32,000 nucleotides of DNA from Vibrio vulnificus CMCP6 (GTDB lineage Bacteria > Pseudomonadota > Gammaproteobacteria > Enterobacterales > Vibrionaceae): NCBI RefSeq assembly GCF_000039765.1, contig NC_004459.3, positions 2,121,127 through 2,153,126 of the forward strand. The letters run 5' to 3'. A program made the translations under genes and the position numbers. The notes below the pieces were generated by a model. The model had not been told where the DNA came from and did no database searches. It saw only the letters and a list, made by a program, of their open reading frames with translations. Shown in pieces: positions 31,188-32,000 of this stretch; position 1 is the stretch's first letter; each line of letters starts with the position of its first letter.

Positions 31188-32000
31188 ATGAAGGAATATG
31201 ATTTTATTGTTGTCGGTGGCGGCTCTGCCGGTTGTGTGTTGGCGTCTCGATTGACGGAAGATCCTGACGTCACCGTCTGTTTGCTGGAAGCGGGGGCAAA
31301 GATAGCAGCCCTCTCATTCATACACCTGTTGGCATGGTGGCGATGATGCCCACCAAAATAAACAATTGGGGGTTTGAAACCATCCCACAAGCAGGTTTGA
31401 ATGGTAGAAAAGGGTATCAACCGCGGGGCAAAACGTTAGGCGGTTCCAGTTCTATCAATGCCATGATGTACGCCAGAGGGCATCGATACGACTACGACTT
31501 ATGGGCGAGTTTGGGAAACGTCGGTTGGAGTTATGACGACTGCTTACCCTATTTCAAAAAAGCGGAGAACAACGAGATTCATCGTGATGAATTTCATGGC
31601 CAAGGTGGCCCTTTGAATGTCACGAATTTACGCTCACCGAGTGACGTGTTGGAACGTTATTTAGCCGCTTGCGAGTCGATAGGCGTCCCACGCAATCCCG
31701 ATATCAATGGTGCGCAACAGTTGGGAGCGATGGCCACTCAAGTAACACAAATCAATGGTGAAAGGTGCAGTGCCGCCAAAGCGTATCTTACTCCTCATTT
31801 GGACAGGCCAAATTTAACGGTGTTAACTCAAGCGACCACCCATAAAATTCTCTTTGACGGCAAGAGAGCGGTTGGCGTCGAATATGGCCAAAAAGGCCAC
31901 ACGTTTCAGATCCGCTGTAAGCGAGAAGTGATTTTATCTGCTGGCGCGTTTGGCTCTCCACAACTGCTTTTGCTTTCGGGCGTCGGGGCGAAGAAGGATT
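31188..32000 (+). pseudogene. GMC-family FAD-dependent oxidoreductase (alcohol/choline dehydrogenase-like), apparent frameshift and truncated by window end
   Basis: Frame 1 encodes [38 protein letters not shown]... and stops at 31346. The downstream frame (…[62 protein letters not shown]...) stays open to the window end. One extra G in the run at 31292-31296 would join them as [19 protein letters not shown] real mutation and a sequencing error cannot be distinguished here. Confidence 0.7.

Noticed and set aside
31148-31420. 90-aa minus-strand ORF over the start of the GMC gene
   Set aside because: Antisense to recognisable GMC oxidoreductase coding sequence. Its prominence comes from the frameshift removing the plus ORF from the track.

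Overview
The window looks like conserved chromosome from a Vibrio-type gammaproteobacterium; the genus is inferred from protein families and gene order. From left to right it contains: the tail of an upstream gene (probably monomeric icd); cspD divergent from clpS-clpA; infA; a coupled aat-bpt pair; a glycine-zipper protein; aroA; yciN; topA; glgC-glgA; an alpha/beta hydrolase; a DUF2007/zinc-ribbon protein; a TVP38/TMEM64 membrane protein; a TfoX/Sxy-family gene (tfoY-like) with a clear c-di-GMP-I riboswitch upstream; purR; torD divergent from torR; elyC; the cmoM-mukF-mukE-mukB operon; and an AraC-type regulator divergent from an aldehyde dehydrogenase and a GMC oxidoreductase. The GMC gene appears frameshifted at a G5 run and is cut by the window end. 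I found no convincing novel defence system, CRISPR array or mobile element. The best leads are the riboswitch plus a putative RBS-sequestering hairpin at tfoY, a structured unannotated segment downstream of torD, repeat/operator-like sequences between torD and torR, the N-degron pathway gene cluster, and the GMC frameshift.
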